DNA of 64,000 nt, from assembly GCF_009834535.1 (NCBI RefSeq), contig NC_045696.1, positions 9,736,001 through 9,800,000 of the forward strand, read 5' to 3'. Below, one piece after another: positions 35,328 to 46,760 of the stretch. How positions within the stretch are numbered: position 1 is the stretch's first letter; the number at the start of each line of letters is the position of its first letter. A model generated the notes under the pieces. It was not told where the DNA came from. It made no database searches and was given only the letters and a program-made list of their open reading frames with translations. Position numbers and translations under genes: made by a program. The DNA is from Camelus ferus. Its lineage: Eukaryota.

Positions 35328-38300
35328 TATTTTTTCATGTAAAATTTCTCATAGAAGTTCACATAAATGGGATCATACAATATGTAGAACTTTCGAGACT
35401 GGCTTTTTTCACTCAGCATAACACCTTTGAAATTCATCCAAGTTGTGTGTGTCAGTAGTTCATTCCTTTTTATTGCTAAATTGAGTAGCATTCCCGAGGG
35501 ATGTACCACAGTTTATTTACTGATTCACCCATTGAAAGGCATTTGGATTGTTTCTAGTTATTGATGATTATGAGTAGAGCTGCTGTAGACATTGATGTAC
35601 AGGTTTTTGTGTGACCATAAGTTTTGCATTTACTTGGGTAAATACCTAGGTGTAGGATTGCTGGGTCATCTGCTAAGTGTGTGTTCAGCTTTAATGAGAA
35701 ACTGCCAAGTGGTTTCCCAGAGTAGTACAATTTGGCATTTCAAACTGGTAATACATGACAGTTCCAATCGCTTTGCATCGTCATGAGCACTTGGCATTGC
35801 CAGTATTTTTTTATTTTCACCATTCTATTTTGCTATTCTAGGTGTGTAGTTATATCTCTTCGGGGTTTGATTTGCATTTCTCTAATGGCCAATGATGTTG
35901 AACATTTCTTTGTGTGCTTATGTATTGCTGGATATTTGTCAATATTTTGTCGAAAATTTTTGCGTCTGTGTTCATGAGATATTGTTCGGTACACTTTCTT
36001 TTATTGTACCATCTTTGTTTGGTTTTGGCATCAGGGTAATGCTGGACTCATAAAATGAGTTGGGAAATGCCCCATCCGATTCTATTTTCTAGAAGAGACT
36101 GTGTAGAATTTATTGTATTTCTTATTTAAATATTTGGTAGAATTTGCTAGTGAAATCATTTGGGCCCAAAGCTTTCTTTTACAGAAGGTTTTAAAGTACA
36201 AATTCAATTTTCAGAATAATTTTAGGACTATTCAGTTTATCTATATTTCATCTTGAGTGAGTTTTGATAGTTTGTGGTTTTGGCAGAATTTGTCCACTTT
36301 ATCTAAATTGTCAAATTTATGAGTAGAGCCTGTAATGATAACCCCTCTTTCATTCCTAATATTCATCATTTTTGCTCTCTCTCTGCCAGTCTCTTTAAAG
36401 ATTTATCAATTTTATTGAACTTCTCAAAGAAGCAAGTTTTGATTTTATTGATTTTTCTTTATTGTTTTTAAAATTGTATTCCATTTCATTGCTTTATACT
36501 CTTACTTCTGTTACTCTCTGTCTTTTGCTTGCTTTGGGTTTATTTTGCTCTTCTGTTTCTAATTTCTCTAGGGAGCAGCTTAGACTATTGGTTTGATATC
36601 TTTCTCTTCTCTAATATGAGCATTTTAATTACATAATTTTCCCTCTGAGCACTGCTTTTCCTGCATCCTACAAATTTTGATATGTTACATTTTGATATTT
36701 ATTCAGTTCAGAATATTTTTCTAATTTCCTTGAGACTTCCTCTTTGACTCACGGATTAGTTAGAAGTATGCTGTTTAATTTCCAAGGGTTTGGAATTTTT
36801 CCAATCATACTGTTATTGATTTCTAGCCTAATTCCATTATAGTCAGAGAACATACTCTGTATGATTTCAACTCTTTAAGTTTTTAAAAAATGTATCTTAG
36901 GATGTAAAATCTGGTTTATCTTTGTAAAGATTCCATGTATACTTGAGAAGAATGTGTATTCTGCTGTTTTGGGGTGGAGTGTTCTATAAATGTCAGATAG
37001 AACCAGTGGTTTATAGTATTGTTCAGGGGTTTTTTGTTGTTGTTGTTTTGTTTTGGGTTTTTTGGGGTTTTTTTGCTTTTTTGCTTTGGGGTTTTCTGTA
37101 CTATACCCCTGCTGGTTTTCTGTCTGCCAATTCTATTGATTACTGAGAGAAGAATATTGAAGTTTCCCAATATGATTGTAGATTTGTCTGTTTTTTATTT
37201 CAGATCTGTTCATTTTTGTTTCACACATTTGCAAACTCATTTATTTGGTACATATCCATTTAGGATTGTGTGTCTACTTGATGAATTGACCTTTTTATCA
37301 TTAAGTATTATCCCTTTTTATCCCTGGTAATTTCCTTTGCTCAAAAATCTGCTTTGTCAGATATTATTCTAGCCACTCCAGTTTTCTTCTGATTAGTGAT
37401 CTATATTTTCCATCTTTTATTTTTAGCTTACCTAGGTCATTATATTTAAAATGTGTTTCTTGTAAACAGTATATTATTGAGTCATTTTTTAAATATATCC
37501 TGACAATCTATCTTTTAATTAGCATGTTTAGTCCACTTATATTTAATGTAATTACTGGTATTTAGGATTTAGGTCTACCATTTTATAATTTGTTTTGTTT
37601 GTCTCTCTATTTTAATTTCTATATTTTCTCTTTTCTTGCTTTCTTTTAGATTATATAAACATTTTTAAAATGTCTATTTTAACTTATTTATCACTTTTTT
37701 ACTATATATCTCTGTGTAACTTTTAACTTATTGTTTTAGGGATTAATGCACACATACTTAACTTTTCATAGTCTATGTAGAATCAGTATTTACAACTTCA
37801 AGTGATGTATTACCACTATATAGGTACCATTACCCTCCCTCCTTTATGTTACTGTTGTACTTGTTACATCAACATACATTGAAAATCCTACTAGACACTT
37901 TTGTAATTTTTGTCTTTAACCATCAAACATATTTAAAGAACTCAAGAGGAGAACAGTCTATTACATTTACCCAGGTATGTATCATTTCTGTTGTTCTTCC
38001 TTCATTTTTGATGTTCCAACTTTCCTTCTGGTGTCATTTCTCATCCTTAAGCAATACAGCTGGTGACAGTGAAGTCTCTTATGTGTCTTTCATCTAAGAT
38101 TGTCTTTATTTCATTTTCATTTCTGAAGGATATTTTTACTGGATGTAGAACTGTGGGTTGACAATTCTTTTAAAATGTTATTTAAAGGGGGAGGGTACAG
38201 CTCAAGTGGTAAAGTGCATACTTAGCAGGCACGAGGTCCTGGCTTCAATCCCCAGTACCTCCTCTAAAAATAAGTAAAACCTAATTACTCCCCCTCCCCA

Positions 38301-39964
38301 AAATAAAATAAAGTATTCTTTTTAAAAGTTCTATTTTCTTCTGGCGAAAGCTGTGGCTATTTGAATCATGTTCTCCTTATAAGTGTTATTTTTTCTCTGG
38401 CTGCTTTAATTTTTTTTTCTTTAGTTTTCAGCAGTTTGATAATGATGTGTCTGGGCATAGATTTCTTTGGGTTTATCTCGTTTGGGATTTCTTAGAGTTC
38501 TTAGTCTGTAGGTCTATGTCTTTCTCCAAATTTGACAAGTTTTCAGCCATTGTTTTCTTCATACATTTTCTATGCGCCACATCCTTTCTTTTTAGGACTC
38601 CTACGACAAGATTGTTACAATATTTGGTACTTTCCCACCAGCTGATGAAACTCTGTTCTTTTTTACTTTTAGTCTTTTTTCTCTGTATTATTCAGATTTT
38701 ATCAATTCTATTGATCTAAACTGAAGTTCACTGACTCAGCTCCATTCTGCTATTGAATTGCATCCAGTGAGATTTTTTTATTGGCTATAGTATTTCTCCA
38801 CTCTTGAATTTCCTTTTGGTTCTTCTTTATATCTTTTATTTCTTTTCTGAGACTTTTAATCTCCTTATTCATTTTAAGAATGTTTGCTTTTACATGTTGG
38901 GGTATTTTTATAATACTTGTTCTAAATTCTGTGTTATCTAAGCATTGGTCTCTGTTGACTATCTTTTCCCATACAAATTGAGATTATCGCAATTCTTCAT
39001 AGGTGCTGAGAAATTTTTAATTGCATCTTGATGACTATGTTACCAGACTCTAGATTTTTGTCTAAATCCTATGGAGTATTTTGTTTGTTTGTTTGTATTT
39101 TAATTAGAATCTACCGGGTTGAGTTCAGGTCACATGTTCCAACCCGTCTTCCATGGTTTGGGTTCTAATATAAGTCCTGTTTCCCAAGATTTCAGCTCTT
39201 TCCTGTGTACACTATCCAGTAGCCAGTCTGAAACCTGGGCAATGGTCTATTTTGTAGTTCAGTTCTCAGAATTTATGGTATGCTATTTGAGGTCAGGTCT
39301 ATTCTTGTGTTTCTCAGGGGTGAGCCGAGAAGTTCATAAACAACTTTATGGGGTTGCTTTCCCTGGCTCTTCCTTCTCTCTGGTACTTTCCAGTCCCCAG
39401 GGGCTCAACTTTTTAGTCCCCTGGCCAAAAAAGCTGGGGCTTTACTTAGCCTGCTCTTCTATGCATTTCCCACAACTGCATCTGTGTCCAGGGACACAGT
39501 AGTGGAGGACATAAAAGGAAAAAAAAAATTGAGAGTTTGCCCTGCACTCTTGGGACCAAGCTCCCCTGATCAGAGGGAAGATTCTCCTCACTCAATTTTA
39601 GGATCCTGTGAGCTCTCATGTCCCTGACACCACAGGATTGCTTGGGGTCTGGGCACAAGAGGATGGAGAAAAGGAAAACAAAACAAAGCAGGGGATTTCT
39701 CCACCATTTCTTAGTATTAGGGGACCTCCTTCCTGCTCCCTAGGGCAGGACCTGGGTGGGGCTCTCTTTATAGGCACCAGTGCCCATTCCTGGGTTCAGG
39801 GCTGTGCTGGATCTAGGCTGGGGGGTTCTGGAAGGGGAAAAACAGTAACTCACAACATGTTCAGGGATACTTCAGAGTCTGTCTTCTTCACCAGTCTGCC
39901 AACTACCATTTGCTTTTCAGACAGAGTGGAATGCACTTACTCCATTTTGCCTTGAACCAGAACC
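35328..39964 (-). mobile_element. Ancient L1M, internally deleted, spanning 3' UTR, ORF2, ORF1 and probable 5' end
   Basis: T-rich plus strand. 3' UTR motifs at 35370-35920, ORF2 remnants (GNFNILLSVINR in ORF 36916..37170), ORF1 remnants at 38400-38850, L1M 5'-terminal-like actccattttgccttgaaccagaa at ~39939-39962. Confidence 0.85.
38187..38312 (+). mobile_element. tRNA-derived camelid SINE (Vic-1-like)
   Basis: gggggagggtacagctcaagtggtaaagtgcatacttagcaggcacgaggtcctggcttcaatccccagtacctcc with pol III A/B-box-like motifs, tail aaacctaattactccccc and A-rich end. Confidence 0.9.
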
Positions 39965-41293
39965 CAGTGTGGTTTTTTTTCACACACTTAAAAACACAAT
40001 TTTAAGATAGGATCCATAGGCTACATCAGCTTCCCAAGAGGTGCATGACACAGAAGGACTTTTAGTCAAAAGGGAGAGACAGACATAGCAATAGCTGCTT
40101 GCAAATCAACGTTATACCTGCTCAGCAGGAGCAGCTGGGAGCTTTGGGAGCCCCTGAAGAGCACGTAGGCTAGTCTGGGATCAGAGAAGGCTTCCCAGTG
40201 AGCACAGGAGGAAGAGTGTTCTCAGCAGACAAAAAGTCATGCTCAAGAGCCAGAAAAGAACCAGAGTGTAGAAATGTGGGTCGTAACAAGTAGTTTAGAA
40301 TGGCCAGGACATGAACTTCTCTTGGCTGCTGAGACCATGCGCAGAAGAGAATCATATTTGTTTCATTAGGCAGCATTGGTAAACTGTTAAATTCAATGAA
40401 ATTCTAAGTCCTTTGGAAGCTGTCATCTTGTTGGTATCCATGATGGAATCCAATTCCGGATCTCCATCTCAGTTCTGTACGTAAACTCTGCTATGTAGGC
40501 ATTTAACATTTGATTAAGGAATCCATTCATTTTGTATACTTGGCAACAAATTCGGTCATGGATACATATACCGTAAGATAGCTATTTAAAATCACTATTT
40601 CAGAGATCAAAAATTCAGTGAGGAGACTGAAAGCAAAATACAAAAATTAAGAATGCAAAAGAATAAAAATAGCCAAAGGAAAAAAATTTTAATTCCATTT
40701 TCCGTTATTATACACTAGAGGAACAACCGCAAATAACAGACACAATCAATATAAGACACTTCTCTGCGCCTTTGGGAAAACTCGAATTTGTCAGAGCTTG
40801 AGGCAGAGCATGGAAGGAAACATGATTAAACAGAGAAAGTGTGCTAATATGTAAAAAAGGAACTAAATTCCCAAGGCAGGTAGATCCAGCATGCAATAAT
40901 ACAGATTCAAATCCCCGTAGACCAGAGACAAACACAGGCTTGTTGTGAGAAATTTAGTGGCTTTGCCACAAAGCCTATGGGCTGAATCTGACCTCAGGCA
41001 TAGAGCTCATTTCATTACCATGCAATAGGAGGCTCTTTGGGGGGAGGAAAAAAGAAAGGATCATGTATTTACACCACTTTAGAGTCGCTTACACAAAATG
41101 TGACTGGCTAAGCATAAAATAGACAATAAGGAGTTTGTTCATTTAATTTATCTGAAGAAAGCACTTACCATCTCACCGCATCACAACTTGCTCAAAGATC
41201 AAATTAGGGAAAGAGAACAAATTGCTTTCATTTAGGCACTCAACAAACCCTTAAGGAGCACCAACAGATCAAGCCTGCACTGCGCTCCAAGGG

Positions 41294-41700
41294 TGTGTTA
41301 AGGACTGCATTGTGGCCCTCAAACTCGTATGTTGTACCCTTAACATCTAGTGCCTCAGAATGTGACTATATTTGGAGACAGGGCCTTTAAAGAGGCAATT
41401 CATATTAAATGATGTGTTAGGGTGGGCCCGAATCCAATCTGATCGGTTCCTTAAAAGAAGAGGAAATTTGGATGCCCACAGAGACACCAGGAATACACAC
41501 ACACACGGAGAAAAGACCACATGAGGACGCAGCGGGCAAATGGCCGTCTGCAAGCCAAGGAGAGGGGCCTTGAAAGAAGCCAGCCCTGCCAACACCTTGA
41601 TCTTGGACTTCCAGCCTCCAGAGCTGTGAGAAATAAATGTCTGTTGTTTAAGCCACCCATTCTGTGGTATTTTGTCATGGCAGCTTGAGCTGACTAACAC
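41294..41700 (+). mobile_element. MaLR LTR (MLT1A/B-like)
   Basis: cctcagaatgtgactatatttggagacagggcctttaaagagg...acaccttgatcttggacttccagcctccagagctgtgagaaataaat. Confidence 0.9.
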
Positions 41701-42129
41701 AGGTGGACAGAGAATGGAGGTCACAGACGCAGGAGAAAGCTGACCAGGGACAAAAGGTAACAATACTCAGAGCACATGGTGGAGGATGAGCAAGTCTGTG
41801 GGCCCATAAACAGAGCACAAAGGGAGAAAAGATGTGTTTCCAGGAAATAACCAAGAGGATCAAAGGGTAAACTCAGCTTCAAAACTGTCAACACTGCTAT
41901 TTCCTCTGGAAACTGGATTCATCCTGGGTTTGGTCAGTCTGAAAACGCCTCAGAATCTGAAGCTGCCCCTTTACTGAGGTAATCTCCCCATCAAGGGGCT
42001 TTGGATCCTCTTGCCTTCCAGGTGTAAACCATCCCCAAGCAATTAGGGCAAAAGTTTATATTCCATCCCTCAGCCTTGACCTTTCTTGTGATGGCACCAG
42101 TAAACAAGTTGATCTGAATGATCAATGAC

Positions 42130-43490
42130 CTGACTGACCCTGGAACATAGAGCAAAAATTCAATGAAATGAAAAGCATGAATAAAATATGAGAGCAAGGG
42201 AGTACATATTCAAGAACACTGCACAGTGGGAGAATATTAGCTGTTAAATATTGAGAGCTCCAGAAAAGGAGAGAAAAACAATATGGAGAAGCAAAGTTGA
42301 AAAGCAAATAGAAGAAAACACTCCTTGAACTCAATAAAGACCAATTTTTGAACCAGAAGGCAAATAAACTCCAAGTGCCAAGCAAGATAAATAATAATTT
42401 GAATAGCAAAAAATAAAATGAAATTTGAAAAAAAGAGTCACACCTGGACAAAATCTGGTGAATTCCCAAATTCCAGCTACTAGAGAACAAAGAGCAATTA
42501 TTTACCTAAGGAAGGGAGTTTGAATGGCACCAGAGTCCTTACTGGAAACAGCTGGAACCCTGAAGCAATGGAGCCAGGTTTAAGGCTTTTGAGAGATAAG
42601 ACTCTGATCCAAGATCCCTCTGCTTGGCCAATATCTTGCATCCGGAAGGCCAGAGGAAGACACTTTGGGACTTTGCAAGGACTTAAATAAATATACTACC
42701 CACATCCCATTTTTGAGAAAAGACTAGGAGTTCTCTGGATTAAGAAAAATCAAATTATTTTAAAGAGATAACACAGGTGAACTTCCAGTAACCAACAAGG
42801 ATGGGGGAAAGATGGGCAGAAAGAATTCTTTTAAAAACTGACTAATCCAGGAAGAATAAAGAAAGTAAAAAAAAAACAGGACACAGAAGAAATTTAATAA
42901 ATAGTGAAAAAAGAGATAAGGTGAAAAAATAAGACCAAAGATATTGAGACATCTCAATAAATGTGACTAGATTAAATTCCTCCACTGAATGAAAAATATT
43001 CTGAAATAGAATTTTAAAGCACTATTTGTTATATGCTATTTATGAGAAGGAGCCAAACAAAATTACAAAGAAAGCTTGAAAAGAGATGGGAAAACATACA
43101 AGGCAAGAGAAAACAAAAAAGCAGAGGCAACATGAAGAGGAGATGAAGTGGAATTTGCGACCAATAGCTTTAAATAGGACAAAAGGGGGTATTTTATAAT
43201 AATAGGTACAACTCCAAATAGAAAAAGAGTCATGAACCATTATCTATTCCTTATGACACTGTTTCTAAATATATAGGGCAGAACTTCTCCAAAGTGAAAG
43301 AAACAGATGAATCCACAGTCAGTGTAGGATACTTCAGCAACTCTCTTTGAAATTACCAGGTCAAGAAAAGATCTGGGGAAACCGAGCAACCAATAAGCCA
43401 CAAGTCATACATCTGTGTAGAACTTCAGGCTAAATTTAGAAAGCAAATTCTCTTCAAACACTTGGAAATGGTTTTGCAAAAATTGACTGA
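42130..43490 (+). mobile_element. Ancient L1 (L1ME-like) ORF1/ORF2 remnant
   Basis: Strong A bias. Endonuclease-region motifs aaatgtgactagattaaattcctcc, atgggaaaacatacaaggcaa, ggacaaaagggggtattttataat. Confidence 0.65.
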
Positions 43491-43494
43491 CTAA

Positions 43495-43878
43495 TGTCTT
43501 AGCTCAGGCTGCTTTAACAGAACACATAGACTAGGAAATCTAAACAACAAATGTTTCTTTCTCACAGTTCCAGGGGCTGAAGTCCAAGGTCAGAGGGCCA
43601 GATAGTCAAGCTCTTGGTGAGAGCTCTCTTCTTGGCTTATGGAAGGCTGTCTTCTCGTTGTATCTTCACCGGGTGCAGGAAGAGGGAGGTGGGGGAGAGA
43701 GAGAGAGAGTTCTCTTATTTCTTCTCATAAGAACACTAATCCCATTCATGAAGGCTTTTTCCGCATGACCTAATCACCTCCCCAAGGCCCCGCCTCCTAA
43801 TACCATCACACTGGGGAGTAGGGCTTCAGCATGTGAACTGTTGGTGGGGAGTGGCACACAGACATCCAGCCCATCACA
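43495..43878 (-). mobile_element. MaLR LTR (MLT1A-like)
   Basis: tgtcttagctcaggctgct...ctcacagttcc...cactaatcccattcatga...atgacctaatcacctccccaagg...cagcccatcaca. Confidence 0.85.
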
Positions 43879-44699
43879 ATTAGGCCCCAAAGGAAAAGGT
43901 AAAAATAAATAGACAGTCTAGTCGATGTGGAAGACTGACATGATGAGAAAGGCCATCCTACCCCAAATGGATGGAAATCCAAAAACAGAATTTTGTTACA
44001 GAGCCGATCTCAAAACCAAACAGAGAGAAACCAGAGAAAAGGGGGTGACATAAAGCAGTGAACAGTAGCTAAAGTATTAAAAACAGTCTAAAGCCTTACA
44101 GAGTCAAACATAGGTCTGGACATCTGGGCAGGGATTGGGGGTCTGGACTGAACAAGGAGCCCAGGCTGCTGGGCCAGGAGAGGCTGGGAGCTAGAAGGAG
44201 CCACTGGCATGAAACCAGGAATTACCAAGGGTGACTTGTCTCCAGAAACCAAACTAGAAAAGCTCTCTAGCCATGGATCCAAGAAGCTTGCTTCAGACCC
44301 AGACGGATCCACAGATAGAAAAAGAATTACCCAGGAGTAATTGGAATGAGTGAATGAATTAATGTATTACAAAGTTTCCTCCTGTCCATGAATTCAGAAC
44401 TGCGCCCACAGTCCTTCTCAGGATACAGGAGCAAAACTACTTGCTGGTGCCTGAATCTGTTACCTAATTACCACCCGGAACTGTACCAATCAGAACTACA
44501 GAAAATTGCACGTATCTGTGGGCCCTGCCTCTTCCAAAATATTTGTCTAAAAACATGAGACCACACTGTAACTGGTTCTTTCCACCATTAACCCCACCCT
44601 GCTCTGCCAGCCTGAGGTCAAGTGTATCCCACAGAAGATGACACACTTCTGAAGATGCCACCATTGGTGCCTGTTACATGGTGGGCATTGCACGTCAGA

Positions 44700-44860
44700 A
44701 GCTGTAAGGACCAGGCTTTGGAGACAGAAGAGCTGGGAGCTTCAGAAAGTATTCTTTGAACCTTGATTTCCTCATCTGAAAATGGAAATGATAATAGCTA
44801 TTTTCGAAGGTTATTAGGAAAATCAAATGAGATATGTAAGAATAGTAACTATAAGAAACA
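44700..44860 (+). mobile_element. MIR
   Basis: ggctttggagacaga...tttcctcatctgaaaatggaaatgataatag...aaatcaaatgagat. Confidence 0.7.
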
Positions 44861-44861
44861 A

Positions 44862-44906
<45 letters not shown>

Positions 44907-44922
44907 GTTATTGTTATTATTA
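44862..44922 (+). repeat. (ATT)n trinucleotide repeat at the MIR tail
   Basis: Direct reading; explains the poly-Ile in ORF 44763..44945. Confidence 0.95.
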
Positions 44923-45004
44923 TATGTTTAGTTTCCTTGATTTGAAGTAAAAAAATCGCCCCAATGATTTATTTTTATTTTCGGCTTACAGATTTTATTA
45001 AAAT

Positions 45005-45325
45005 TCTTTTTTTACTGCCAAATAATAGTCCACTGTATGGATATAGCACATGGTATTTATTCATTCATCAGTTGAAGGATGCTTGGGCTGTATCTCCGTT
45101 TCGGCTATTGTGAATAATGCTTCTGTGAACGCTTACGTACAAGTTTTTGTGTGGACATAAGTTCTTCAGTTCTCCTGGGTAGATGCCTATGAATAGGACT
45201 GCTGAGTTGTGGTAACTCTCTGTCCAGCTTTCTGAGGATCTGCCAGACTCTTACCAAAGCTGCTGCACTGCTTTCCATTCCCACCAGCAGTGCGTGGGGG
45301 TTCTGATTTCTCCACGTTGGTAGGA
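45005..45325 (-). mobile_element. L1 3'-region fragment
   Basis: ccactgtatggatatagcaca...ggctattgtgaataatgc...ttccattcccaccagcagtg. Confidence 0.75.
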
Positions 45326-46429
45326 TGCTTTTTAAGGTAACCGAGGAACAGGTAAACTACGGGAAACTGGGACTTCGGCATCCCCACCTCCTTCCTGGAG
45401 AGCATCTGATTCCCTTTCATTTGTACCAGGGAAACAATAAAGTCGGATCAAAGTCTTTCTCTTAAATTGTGGGGATTTCAGGCAAGGCAAGCCTCCTCCC
45501 CTGTGATTCCATTTTCTCTCCTAGAAATGCAGACAGAGGCAGAAGCATCTCCTTAAAGTACCTATTTAGTTCAACATGGTAGAAAACATGGTAAGAACAC
45601 AGTAGAAAATAGTAAGAAATGTGGATCCAAACCTAATATTTAGAACATGTAATAAAGCTTCAGGTGACGTTCGACCAGCTCTTTTGCAAACCTGCTTGAG
45701 CAGTGAAGGAACCTCCTTGGTTCCAAGGAGAGATGTCTTTTCTTATCCTCTTTCCAGGCCTAAGAAAGCAAAGGCCAGCGTGATGGAGAAGTAACCTGGG
45801 GAGCCAAGGTGGCTGTAACCAAGAGCGGCAGCAAAATACGTAGTGAAGTAATGCCTTCAGCTGGTTTGCATAGTAAGAAGAGCCAAATAAACAGCATGCT
45901 CAAACTTCTCTTTGAAGCTCAAACTTCACGCCCCACAGTCTACTGAATCCTTGGAGAGGATCATCATCAACCAGGGAGGAAGTGGACTTGGGGTGTGATG
46001 CCTGGGGCTGGCCAGAATTTGAATCTTATGACCACCCGTGTTGAATTGAAAGTGTTCCTTCAGAGACTTCTTTTGAGTGTAAAATATAATTCTGTTGGTC
46101 ACAGGCGAAAAGCCATCGTGGTACAGAATGACTAATAGGATGCTACACTTTTTTTCCACAATCAATGGCAAGAGGGAAAAAAAAACACAGTGGCGTATTC
46201 TTCCCCCATCCAATTCAAAACACAAGGTGGTAGAGTAATAAAATTAAATAGGCCGTAATGAAAAAAAAAATAATTCCACCATAAATAAGCTTTGTTATTC
46301 CATCCAAGAGAAAAAAACAGGGAGCTGGGTCGTGTGTGCCTCTTCCCTTTCAAAACCAAACTGTAATCAAAAGTAAACAGGTTTGAAAACTCAACAGAGA
46401 TAAAACTGGAATTTGCAGCTGTGAAGAGA

Positions 46430-46760
46430 GACACCCATGGAGTGGAATGGCCGCCGCACAACGCGGGCACGGAAGGGTGGCCTTTTGGTTTATGTGGGAG
46501 GTGCCTGTGAGGGCTCGGGCCCCTCGCGTGGGGGCCCCGGGCACTCCACGGGTGGGACCCCGGACAGGGACGGATTAGCCGCCCCGGGGCGCGGGGAGCG
46601 GAGTCCCGCAGCGCCCAGCCTGCCGTCCCAGGGTGAACTCCAGCCCCGCAGGTCCGAGGCCGCCAGGGCCATGTGTTGCCTCCTAAGGCATGAGTGGCGG
46701 GTCGCCGCCTCCTCCGCTTTCCCGTCCCCGGACCCTTCCTTGCGAGATGGAGGAGCTGTT
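46430..46760. promoter_or_regulatory. CpG island, ~15 kb downstream of the MRPS6 poly(A) site
   Basis: Dense CpG and high GC content (ggccgccgcacaacgcgggcacgg...gccccggggcgcggggagcgg); not repeat-derived as far as I can see. Confidence 0.7.

Noticed and set aside
38187..38262. tRNA-like sequence with A and B boxes
   Set aside because: Carries the SINE tail and has a diverged second copy with a TSD; it is a SINE, not a tRNA gene.
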